DNA of 64,000 nt from Amphiscolops sp. MND2022 (taxonomy: Eukaryota), in NCBI GenBank assembly GCA_964187785.1, contig OZ076414.1, forward strand, positions 26,908,001 through 26,972,000, read 5' to 3'. The number at the start of each line of letters is the position of its first letter. Position 1 is the first letter of the stretch. Both the position numbers and the translations under genes were made by a program. A model generated the notes under the pieces. The model made no database searches. It saw only the letters and a program-made list of their open reading frames with translations, and was not told the DNA's origin. Below are positions 12,658-24,929 of this stretch, in pieces.

Positions 12658-14580
12658 TGTCACAACCCGCTCCCGGTCGGTGCAACTCCTGTTGTGAAGG
12701 AATTCACAAATTTGCAACTGGACTTGGCCATGATAGTTGGCTACAACTGTTGAAGAGAAAAGTAAATACCTTACCTTGTTTTTCTTAAGTTACAGCACGA
12801 CAAATTTCTTCAAAAGACGTAACCGTTACGCAAGAATACAAAAAGTGATTTCTGACATGATAGAAACTTCCGGTCTACTAATTCACGCCTAAAATGCTTT
12901 ATTTCCGTCTCACTCCGCACCGTTTTCCATATCAATTTAAACAATTAAAAGGAAACAAAAGAAATAGAGCTATAACTTTTCCACCCTGAAAAACAAAACT
13001 GAGAATAATAATTGAATCCGCAATCCCAACGGATAACATTGTCAAATCTAAAAAGGGAAATACAAAACACAAGAGATGGCACAATAGTGGTTGCAGTAGC
13101 TGTCAAAACATATTAGGATTACAAGTACGTAATCTAAGTAATTATCAACAACGTAATGGACGCGACTTGGACTAAGGCTGACGCTTTTCAATTTCTAATT
13201 CTACGGACCAATAGCGTCGTTTTCTCTAGTTAGTTATTTGAGCTCAATCCAATAGGATGCTAGTTTAGTCTAACAAGAATGTTACCATAGCAACGCCAAA
13301 TAAATAGGAGAAAGAGAATAAATGCCTACGCGCTCCGCTTTATCTCCGACTGCTGTCGTTCAGTTATAACTAATCTTAATACGTACGGAGCAACTACGGA
13401 GCCAATTGAAAACTAAAGGGTGTTAAGCTTGCTATATCCAATCTTAATACGTACGAAGCAGCTACGGAGCAAATTGTAAGATCAAGATTGCTTTAGTCCG
13501 CTATAATTAACAGTATTAGAATCACATCCTTCCGAATATCTTCCGTTTCGCTAGGAATGATTTGGAAAGTCCTGCTGTAGGTTAAGACAAGGAAATTAAC
13601 TATCTTTGTATAGTGTAGTGATACTGAAAAGGTGCTCTTTTCTATTTCTACTTTTTTGCTATGTCAATTGTTTGCTCAGGAAACCTGCTTAATACAATTC
13701 TTGAAAATGTAAAGTTGGTGTAGATTAATACGATGTTATAGAACATGTAAGCCTAATTGTTGTTTTGTGTTCATCATTTTCCAGCATCAATTGTTCCTTC
13801 CATGAAGCAGCTCAAATTTTTTTGGCAGCTTAGCTTAGGAACTTCCGTAATAATATCGGAGTTTTTATCTGCTTGTCATTCTTTTGCCGTGAAGGGATGG
13901 TTTGTCGCTTGTCTTGCGCTGAATCATTGTTCGCGTCAGCGTGTTTTCTTCGGTAGAAACTAAACTAGACGTTTATTCTGACGGGCTGACATAAAAAGGA
14001 TAATTAGGCTTTTTTAGTGGACAAAACCGAGTCCTAGGAATTTTAAGGTGAGGAACAAATGATTCTGAGAAAGTATATATATAGAGCACATGTATATTTT
14101 TATTCAGTCTTTTGCTGTTACGTGAATACGACCTTAGGAAACAAAACATTGTTTTGAAAATTACTAAATTTTCAAAGAACTTTCTTTCCCTCTTTCTGAA
14201 ATGACTACTAGAAGCCAGAAAAGAAAAGCTGTAGAAAAACTGGTTCCTGTTGACCAAGAGACTCCTTTGAGTGGAAATAATCAAAGTGAAAGTCGCGTAA
14301 CCAGAACGAGTAAATCATCAAAGGTACGATCTGAGAACTTAGAGGAAATAAAATCCACTCTTAGGAAAAAGATTTTATCCGATCTTACAAAAATCTTAGC
14401 TGAAAACCAAAAGGAAATGCTCAAATTAAAGGCACCTGTTGTTAAAAAGCAAGCCACTCTGTCCGTTCTAGAAGAAACTGATTCTTAAGCTGAAAACGTT
14501 CCGTTGGCAGTAACATACACACCTGTAAAAGCGAAAACCACTCCGACTATTCTGAAAACTACTCCGGTAAACCGTTGTAA
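12658..14580 (+). repeat. 5' LTR of element B (about 1.9 kb)
   Basis: 13011-14580 is similar to 29131-30810. Contains an internal tandem repeat of about 65 bp (aatcttaatacgtacg..gcagctacggagc) and ORF 14201-14488. Confidence 0.8.
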
Positions 14581-14638
14581 CCGTCTTTATTGACTCCACG
14601 AATCTCGGCAAAAAGAAAACGCGCTCACATCGCTCACT

Positions 14639-15580
14639 TTGTCTGCCACCCAACGACCATCCCTCAACATCGAAACTACTGTTCGCACCAAAACTGGACA
14701 TTTACCAACCGCCAAATTTGCCCCCTATGCCAAAAGCGCTCACAGCATCAATACCAGTGTTTGTTGGCAAGTCCAAAAATTCGAACTTTTCGAAGACTTA
14801 TTCACAAATAATATTAGAATGTATCCGCACCTAACCGAGATACAAAAAATAAACTACTTCCACCCTCTACTCCGTGGCAACGCGCTTCAAGCGTACTGTA
14901 ACCTAGAAGACGCGAAAAAAGATAATCTTGAAGAGGTAATCACGGCATTCAAACGTCGTTTCGGAGATTTCCAATCGTCCTCCAAAGCCAGATGTGAGTG
15001 GGACTCGCTACAATTTGACCCAACCAAACAAAAACTCCACGATTTCCTAGACGTATTACAAAAAACAGGAAAAGAGGCGTTCGGTCCGAAGATTCATCGA
15101 CAAGTCCATATATGCAAAACTGCCGGACCACGTCTTTAACCGGGCGTACTTAGAACACAAGCCGTATAACGACATCGACCTACATCTCCAAAGAGAGATG
15201 CGCCTCAATGGCGTGGGCGCTCCTGAGGAAACCAGTCTCATACCGCTAAACTCAGTTGACGTTCCCTCACCGGAAACCCAGAAAAAACCGAATCAGCAAG
15301 GAAATTATTTTCACTGTGGCAAATATGGCCAGTATAAAGCGCAGTGCCGCAAACTGACAAAAGACAGGTACTACGAAATTAAAACCCAGAATTGAGCCAT
15401 CAACACAGTTGAACCGCCGAAACCAAAATGTGACACACGTGGAAAAACCCATAAAATAGAGAACTGTTGGAACCGAGCAAACTCGGCAAACGACCCCAGA
15501 AAACGACATGAATTTGCCATACTCAAAAGCCAAATAAACGAACAACCCATTGCCACTATTGAAATCCAGACAAAAAACTG
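14639..15580 (+). pseudogene. gag: gag of element B with degenerate zinc knuckles
   Basis: ORF 14639-15139 (KFELFEDLF..INYFHPLLRGNAL..RRFGD..ARCEWDSL); knuckle-like YFHCGKYGQYKAQC and CDTRGKTHKIENC. Confidence 0.85.
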
Positions 15581-16353
15581 TGATCGTCGCGCCTACGTAG
15601 ACGTAGCAAACAGTACGTCGCGCCTACGTAGAAAAAGTAGACTCGAGGGCATATACAGTCGAGGATCCCCCAAATCGATTTGAACAAGATGTCATGACTG
15701 AGTGTAAAGAAGAACCAAGCCAAGATTGGCAACGGTGATGGAACGTCGGCATGATCCTCCACCACAACGCCAGACATCGGGATGATCCAAAACCACTCCC
15801 CATGTGGATAACGGAATCACCCAATAACTATGCTACACTCAAACGACCATTGCCAGAATCGAAAACTGACAGTATTTGTATTTACGACAAGGATTACCGA
15901 TGTGACCCGTGGGACGAACCAACAATCTATGACGCAAACGCCCTCTCGTTCAAAATACAGATCACAAATCCACAGGAACACAGAAACGATATCGAAATTC
16001 CCCCCAACACTGTCACCGATCCTAAAAAAATCAGATCCAACTCCCGTCACTATCCAACTCCCGTCAAACGGCGCCCGTCGCTATCTCGTCTACACCAATA
16101 GATGCCGAGGACATCATTTGTATCGAAGACAAAACGGTTTGGTCACGACAAGCAAAACAACAAAGAGAGGATTTCCCTCCCCACCACCAAAACCGCACAT
16201 ACAACGGACGCATCTAACAATAACAAAGACGTAGCAGAATGCCCACAACGACTGCCTTACGACCTCAATATCATTAAAGAATTCATACAACACGATAAAG
16301 ATGATGATTACATCCCGTTAATGTCAGCAAATACACTCAAGTAGACAAAGAGG

Positions 16354-16548
16354 ATGTTTTTCATCCCCCTTGAGTTCCAGAAGGTCAAAATCTACACTCT
16401 AGTTGACTCAGGAGCCTATATGAATGTCATCAGCGAACGAGACGCGGAGAAAATACAAATGAAGCAAACGCATCCATATTTGAAAGGTCACCACCAACTC
16501 TTTTCAAAATACAATACGCCAACACCGAACTTGCCTCATACACGCTGA
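16354..16548 (+). pseudogene. pol: Aspartic protease of element B
   Basis: LVDSGA catalytic motif in MFFIPLEFQKVKIYTLVDSGAYMNVISE. Confidence 0.85.
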
Positions 16549-16592
16549 AATTCAAGATCGAAGACTATACCCTCGAAAAAACCTTCATCCTC

Positions 16593-19500
16593 ATGACCAA
16601 AACGTCCAACCCAAAAGTTGGTCTGTCTTTCCTCCGAAAACATTCCGCAATACTCGACACCGCACAAGGCCCTACTGACGTCCCGAAAATACAAATCACC
16701 TTGGCTCTAACAGACGAGATGCAGAAGTGCAACCCGAAACCGATAACCATCAAGACCGAGGGGAAACACACCTTTCCGGCACAGGAAATAATCCAAGTGT
16801 CTGCAACTGTGAGTAATGACCACCCAATAACTGGGACAGTACAACCTCTAGCACAGTTTGATGTGACAGCAAAACTCATTCTAGCCCCAGCAAAAACAAC
16901 AGAGCGAAACAAACGCGTAGCCATAAAAGTAGCCAACACAACATATTTACACTACATAATTAACACCCACACCAAATGGGCAGAACTATAAAGACTAAAG
17001 CCCGAAGAAACGAAATCGATACCGCCGGTAGACAGAGCAGCACTCAACCTCCTCACAGAAGACGACGACGTTGTTGCGTATGTCAACGCCCTAATGCAAC
17101 TCGATTCCCCAGAAGATACAGAAGAAAAATCCTGGTTCCCAACTCTCGAGAATCCCGGAGATGAGTCAGACCACTCCCCCATCCAGCAACGATTTCTCAG
17201 GGAGCTACGAGAATTACAGAAACTCTCTCCTCTCCAAAAACGCCAGCCCCATCGTTTCCCATCGCAAACCTAACGGAAAACAGCGTCTACTAGTGGACTT
17301 GCGGAAGATCAACGCCCTCATCTCCGATGACTACATCAACAGCAACCACCCCATCAGCACCTTCTCAGACGCTGCGCAACACCCAGTGGGGGAAAATGTT
17401 CAGTAAACTCGACTGCTCTCAAGCTTACCACTGCCTCCAAATGACAGACCAAAGGTCAGTAGAACTGCTTGCGTTTAATTTTGCTAGTAAGACGTTTGCA
17501 TACCGTATGCTGGCCCAAGGACTTAGTAGGGCCTCCTCAGCGTTCTCGAGCTTCATGCGGGAATATCTTGACACAGTTATCAAAGCAGACCAATGTTCCC
17601 AAAACGTGGACAACATTGGGATTGCCGCCAACACGACGAAACAACTCATAAAGAACATTCGATCAGTTTTCAAACGCATACGCAAAGCTGGCCTAAAACT
17701 GACAATCGAAAAATGCCACTTTGGCGTCACTCAAGTTGAATTCCTAGGCAGAACTAATACTCCCAACGGAATAGCCCCTCAATACATTAAAATCGCCAAT
17801 TTCATGTTCAAAACTTGATTTCCTAAATCAAAGAAACAAGTCCAAAAATACATTGGATTCGTCAACAACTACAGAAACTACAGATCCAACTGTCAGAAAA
17901 GATGATTTTAGAGTACGAATTATTAAAAGCATACGCAAAAAACACCATTTTAGAAGAACTCCTCAAAGACTTCAAATCCATCAACGCAAGCCTTGCGGAG
18001 ACATCCCGTCGCCGGAAAACAATACGTGCTTATGGCGGATGAAAGTTTCAGAGCATCCAGATACGCAAAAATGATTGAGGAAAATAACGATAAAAAATTA
18101 CTGTCTAAGAGAAGAACGTTCGCCCCAGTTGCATTTGGTTCACGCGTGTTCTCCCCGTCACAACTAAAAATGTCAATATATTGCTAAGACTTTCTTGCCA
18201 TCTACCACGCGTTTCTAGAGTACAGTCAAATCCTATGGAAAACAACTCTGCCGACACTAGTACCAACAGACAACAGATCGGTAACGATGTTTTTTAATCA
18301 AAAACCACCCCACTTAACTTATGGATTGCCTGTGACTACGGTCAACAATTCCACACCAAGCACTTAGCGGGATCGCAAAACACCGCCGCCGACTTTCTCT
18401 CCCGAATAGAACTAAACCCTAAAGAAAAAGTTCAACTCAAACTACGTGACGACATCTTAACGGCGCCCATCGATGTTAATCTACAATCAACAGATGTCGC
18501 CGATGAAGAACTACTTTTTTCCTACCAGACGAAGTAGAAGAATCAGTACAAAAAATTTTCGCCAGGAAAGCGCTTAGTAAACAACGAGCAATTGAAGGAG
18601 GAAAAGAACAAAATAACCTTTTTACTGAAGTAACAGAATCAGTCAAAATACCACTCAACGCAGCATTTTACGCATTTGGAGCGATCAAAGAAAACGCTCG
18701 AATACGTCACGAACAAGACCTAGACCCGCTCCTGAAAGCGCTAAAGTCGCGCCAACTACACGAAGAATACGATAAGCATCTCCCAAAGACTGAACCTAGA
18801 GGGAGAAATCTCCAACGCCAAGAAGAAAGAATATTAGTCAAAGATGGAGTCCTCATGCGAAAATACTACGGAGAGGACGGTACAGTCACGCATCACCAAA
18901 TTCTGATACCAAACAAATAGTATCAGAATTACTATCAACGTTACATGGAAAAATGAATAAACATCCAGGAATCACCAAAATGATCCAGGAATGCCTAGCG
19001 AATAATTTTTACCCGGGACTAGCACGGAAGATTAGGGCAGGGTCATAAACTGCCCTGACTGCAAAGCAAACAAACGCTTAGATATACGCCAAATACGCCC
19101 GAAAAGGCTTAGCAAACCAGAAGTTACATATGGAACCGAAGATTGCTTGGAAATTGATATGCTACCAAACCTATCTTCATCAAACTTCTACAAGCTTAGT
19201 ATAACGATGATGGATGTTTTCTTCCGATATCTCTTCGCATACCCTACCAAAGACATGACAGGCAAGACAGTCGGCTGTTGCATAGTCGATGTAATGACAC
19301 GCCATTGCTACCTACCAACAATGATCCTCACAGATAAAGGGTAACAATTTCGTTCAGACGTCGTAAACCAAATAGCTCAGACTCTCGACATACGGATCAG
19401 CCACGCAATGACAAAACATGCCCAATCAATAGGGATACTTGAAAAGACACATGCAGCACTAAAAGCGACCCTAAAAATATCGACGGGAGAACGACACTCA

Positions 19501-20215
19501 ATGTGGCATAGGAATGTACAAATTGCAGTCATGAACTATAATACAAGTTATCATGAGAGTCTAGGCTGCGAAGCGACAACAGTGTTTAACGGACGAATTC
19601 CGTACAACATCTTGGACATCAAACTGGGACTAAAAACAGAATGGAAAAAGAGGACAACGCAGAACTTACGGACGAATTACAGAAACAGATAGCTGAAATC
19701 CACCAAGCTGCCAAAGACAATCTCATGCAATCCTACTTGAAATATAATCGATATTATGATAAAAGCTACAACAACGCCATTGAAAGTCAATGACTATTGC
19801 TATGTCCTGAACCCGAAGGCTGATAACCAGTCAATGAAAATCGCATTCAAAGATTGCATTTGGACCAGTCCCTACGTTGTAGTCAAAGTTCTCTCCAACA
19901 ACAACTACGTCGTACGAAGAATAGGAACACGATACACTCAAACCCTCCAAAGAGTTCGCGTAAGGCTTTAGGCGCCCAATCTGCGAGTACCTGATGTAAC
20001 AGTCAAAGTGGAAGATCAAATTCCAGACCTTGAGGTTAAAACAACCCATGACGATTGGTAGGCTCAAGCTTGGGAAACCGAAATCAAGAAGTTCTGTTCG
20101 GAAACGCATCGGAAAAAATGAAGAAGCTACGATCACCGAAGTGCTAATTGATGACGCAACTACAACGCAAAATGAAACAGTTATAACAACCGCAGATGAA
20201 AATTCAACAGAATAA
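16593..20215 (+). pseudogene. pol: pol of element B, copy 1 (dUTPase-like spacer, RT, RNase H, integrase)
   Basis: RT 17327-17818 (YVDD mutated to NVDN), RNase H MADES 17993-18187, integrase 19147-19692, GPY-like WTSPY 19756-19971. Confidence 0.9.
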
Positions 20216-20536
20216 AGCATCCTCCGGGGATTTTACGTCATTGAATATGGACGACAGTGACAATCCTTTCAAAATGACCCCGCCGCCTAGCGAAAGCCCC
20301 CATGCACACCCACATTTTCGGATGCTAAACGCTGTCACTGCGGAACAAATGCCTCAATCTCAAGTCTAAATAAAGACAATCAGCTAGCCAAACCGAACCG
20401 AAGAAGCTACGTTAATTTCTCTATATACCTCTGAACTAAAGAAATACAAAAGACATCAACAGCGTCCAAAATCAGAACATACCCAAATACATCAAATGAT
20501 AAAAAACAGTTCTACAAAATCATCGAATAAAAGCAG

Positions 20537-21460
20537 TCATTTAACGTGATGATACACAGGAAGACCATCATCTTTCTTCAGTTTTTTCTTAGGAGTTGTT
20601 GACTTGCTACTGCTAGCCTGCCTCTCGGGTTTCTTCGGTTTGCCAGCACGCTTAGCACTAACGGCCTTCTCAACAGTTTTACTTGCCTCCTCTTTCGCCT
20701 TCCCCACAGATGAACCCGAGCTACTCCGGACAACAGAACTAGTCTTTGATCCCTGCTCGGCGCTTGATAAACGATTGACACGGTTACATTCCGAATCATG
20801 TTCGTCACTCAATCGCCGTCGCTTTGCCAGAAATTCACTATAAAGGCAACAAAAGGCTTCAATAAACGAGTCCACACCAGGGTCAGACAGAACTTTCCAC
20901 ACGTTGAAATCAGATCCAACAAAGAAAACTTCAGCATTGGAAATAGCTGCACGGACCAAACGCAAAGTATGCTCAATGAACAAGGGCTGATGAGAATAGC
21001 CGTCACTCAGGAAATAAGACTGAACAATCCTGAAACACAATTGAACGCACTCTTCAGTGAGCAGGCAACTACTCAAATCTATGGAAAATCAAGCATACTG
21101 GCGATTCGGCTCTCCAACAATCAGGCAACATAATTTGAAAACACGCAGCAAATGTCGTCGTGATTGAAATCCAAAATCGTCCAACAGATAACGACGCACA
21201 TCCGGAATTTCACTAGCTGAACGCTTCAAACGGCAATGCTGCGTTCTCTTCACAATGACGTACGCATTTTATTTGTCCACTGTAGCTTTAGACTCGTCGC
21301 GCGTCAGGGAATCACATCCCTCCAAAACGCCACATAACTCAGCAAACAAGTCGAAGCCAGAATTATCGTCACCTTTCAACATCAACTCTGGGCAAAAACA
21401 ACACAATCCTTTTGAACCACGGAAACGGATGCTAGCGCACTCTACCAGCAAAAAGGCAAT
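20537..21460 (-). pseudogene. 3' part of the antisense accessory gene of element B (duplicated fragment)
   Basis: ORFs 21269-21535 and 20537-21076, with a basic Lys/Ser-rich tail. Confidence 0.7.
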
Positions 21461-24400
21461 ACGTTGTTGCGTATGTCCACGCCCTAATGCAACTCGATTC
21501 CCCAGAAGATACAGAAGAAAAATCCTGGTTCCCAACTCTCGAGAATCCCGGAGATGAGTCAGACCACACCCCCATCCAGCAACGATTTCTCAGGGAGCTA
21601 CGAGAATTACAGAAACTCTCTCCTCTCCAAATACGCCAGCCCCATCGTTTCCCATCGCAAACCTAACGGAAAACAGCGTCTACTAGTGGACTTGCGGAAG
21701 ATCAACGCCCTCATCTCCGATGACTACATCAACAGCAACCACCCCATCAGCACCTTCTCAGACGCTGCGCAACACCCAGTGGGGGAAAATGTTCAGTAAA
21801 CTCGACTGCTCTCAAGCTTACCACTGCCTCCAAATGACAGACCAAAGGTCAGTAGAACTGCTTGCGTTTAATTTTGCTAGTAAGACGTTTGCATACCGTA
21901 TGCTGGCCCAAGGACTTAGTAGGGCCTCCTCAGCGTTCTCGAGCTTCATGCGGGAATATCTTGACACAGTTATCAAAGCAGACCAATGTTCCCAAAACGT
22001 GGACAACATTGGGATTGCCGCCAACACGACGAAACAACTCATAAAGAACATTCGATCAGTTTTCAAACGCATACGCAAAGCTGGCCTAAAACTGACAATC
22101 GAAAAATGCCACTTTGGCGTCACTCAAGTTGAATTCCTAGGCAGAACTAATACTCCCAACGGAATAGCCCCTCAATACATTAAAATCGCCAATTTCATGT
22201 TCAAAACTTGATTTCCTAAATCAAAGAAACAAGTCCAAAAATACATTGGATTCGTCAACTACTACAGAAACTACAGATCCAACTGTCAGAAAAGATGATT
22301 TTAGAGTACGAATTATTAAAAGCATACGCAAAAAACACCATTTTAGAAGAACTCCTCAATGACTTCAAATCCATCAACGCAAGCCTTGCGGAGACATCCC
22401 GTCGCCGGAAAACAATACGTGCTTATGGCGGATGAAAGTTTCAGAGCATCCAGATACGCAAAAATGATTGAGGAAAATAACGATAAAAAATTACTGTCTA
22501 AGAGAAGAACGTTCGCCCCAGTTGCATTTGGTTCACGCGTGTTCTCCCCGTCACAACTAAAAATGTCAATATATTGCTAAGACTTTCTTGCCATCTACCA
22601 CGCGTTTCTAGAGTACAGTCAAATCCTATGGAAAACAACTCTGCCGACACTAGTACCAACAGACAACAGATCGATAACGATGTTTTTTGATCAAAAACCA
22701 CCCCACTTAACTTATGGATTGCCTGTGACTACGTTCAACAATTCCACACCAAGCACTTAGCGGGATCGCAAAACACCGCCGCCGACTTTCTCTCCCGAAT
22801 AGAACTAACCCCTAAAGAAAAAGTTCAACTCAAACTACGTGACGACATCTTAACGGCGCCCATCGATGTTAATCTACAATCAACAGATGTCGCCGATGAA
22901 GAACTACTTTTTTCCTACCAGACGAAGTAGAAGAATCAGTACAAAAAATTTTCGCCAGGAAAGCGCTCAGTAAACAACGAGCAATTGAAGGAGGAAAAGA
23001 ACAAAAGAACCTTTTTACTGAAGTAACAGAATCAGTCAAAATACCACTCAACGCAGCATTTTACGCATTTGGAGCGATCAAAGAAAACGCTCGAATACGT
23101 CACGAACAAGACGTAGACCCGCTCCTGAAAGCGCTAAAGTCGCGCCAACTACACGAAGAATACGATAAGCATCTCCCAAAGACTGAACCTAGAGGGAGAA
23201 ATCTCCAACGCCATGAAGAAAGAATATTAGTCAAAGATGGAGTCCTCATGCGAAAATACTACGGAGAGGACGGTACAGTCACGCATCACCAAATTGTGAT
23301 ACCAAACAAATAGTATCAGAATTACTATCAACGTTACATGGAAAAATGAATAAACATCCAGGAATCACCAAAATGATCCAGGAATGCCTAGCGAATAATT
23401 TTTACCCGGGACTAGCACGGAAGATTAGGGCAGGGTCATTAACTGCCCTGACTGCAAAGCAAACAAACGCTTAGATATACGCCAAATACGCCCGAAAAGG
23501 CTTAGCAAACCAGAAGTTACATATGGACCCGAAGATTGCTTGGAAGTTGATATGCTACCAAACCTATCTTCATCAAACTTCTACAAGCTTAGTATAACGA
23601 TGATGGATGTTTTCTTCCGATATCTCTTCGCATACCCTACCAAAGACATGACAGGCAAGACAGTCGGCTGTTGCATAGTCGATGTAATGACACGCCATTG
23701 CTACCTACCAACAATGATCCTCACAGATAAAGGGTAACAATTTCGTTCAGACGTCGTAAACCAAATTGCTCAGACTCTCGACATACGGATCAGCCACGCA
23801 ATGACAAAACATGCCCAATCAATAGGGATACTTGAAAGGACACATGCAGCACTAAAAGCGACCCTAAAAATATCGACGGGAGAACGACACTCAATGTGGC
23901 ATAGGAATGTACAAATTGCAGTCATGAACTATAATACAAGTTATCATGAGAGTCTAGGCTGCGAAGCGACAACAGTGTTTCACGGACGAATTCCGTACAA
24001 CATCTTGGACATCAAACTGGGACTAAAAACAGAATGGAAAAAGAGGACAACGCAGAACTTACGGAAGAATTACAGAATTAGATAGCTGAAATCCACCAAG
24101 CTGCCAAAGACAATCTCATGCAATCCTACTTGAAATATAATCGATATTATGATAAAAGCTACAACAACGCCATTGAAAGTCAATGACTATTGCTATGTCC
24201 TGAACCCGAAGGCTGATAACCAGTCAATGAAAATCGCATTCAAAGATTGCATTTGGACCAGTCCCTACGTTGTAGTCAAAGTTCTCTCCAACAACAACTA
24301 CGTCGTACGAAGAATAGGAACACGATACACTCAAACCCTCCAAAGAGTTCGCGTAAGGCTTTAGGCGCCCAATCTGCGAGTACCTGATGTAACAGTCAAA

Positions 24401-24610
24401 GTGGAAGATCAAATTCCAGACCCTGAGGTTAAAACAACCCATGACGATTGGTAGGCTCAAGCTTGGGAAACCGAAATCAAGAAGTTCTGTTCGGAAACGC
24501 ATCGGAAAAAATGAAGAAGCTACGATCACCGAAGTGCCAATTGATGACGCAACTACAACGCAAAATGAAACAGTTATAACAACCGCAGATGAAAATTCAA
24601 CAGAATAAAG
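21461..24610 (+). pseudogene. pol: pol of element B, copy 2 (RT, RNase H, integrase)
   Basis: Near-identical to 17068-20215 and carries the same inactivating lesions. Confidence 0.9.
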
Positions 24611-24929
24611 CATCCTCCGGGGATTTTACGTCATTGAATATGGACGACAGTGACAATCCTTTCAAAATGACCCCGCCGCCTAGCGAAAGCCCCCATGCAC
24701 ACCCACATTTTCGGATGCTAAACGCTGTCACTGCGGAACAAATGCCTCAATCTCAAGTCTAAATAAAGACAATCAGCTAGCCAAACCGAACCGGAGAAGC
24801 TACGTTAATTTCTCTATATACCTCTGAACTAAAGAAATACAAAAGACATCAACAGCGTCCAAAATCAGAACATACCCAAATACATCAAATGATAAGAAAC
24901 AGTTCTACAAAATCATCGAATAAAAGCAG

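Noticed and set aside
15584-15631. Short direct repeat cgtcgcgcctacgtaga near the gag/pol junction of B
   Set aside because: A small local duplication. It could affect a frameshift-stimulating structure, but there is no support from the other families.
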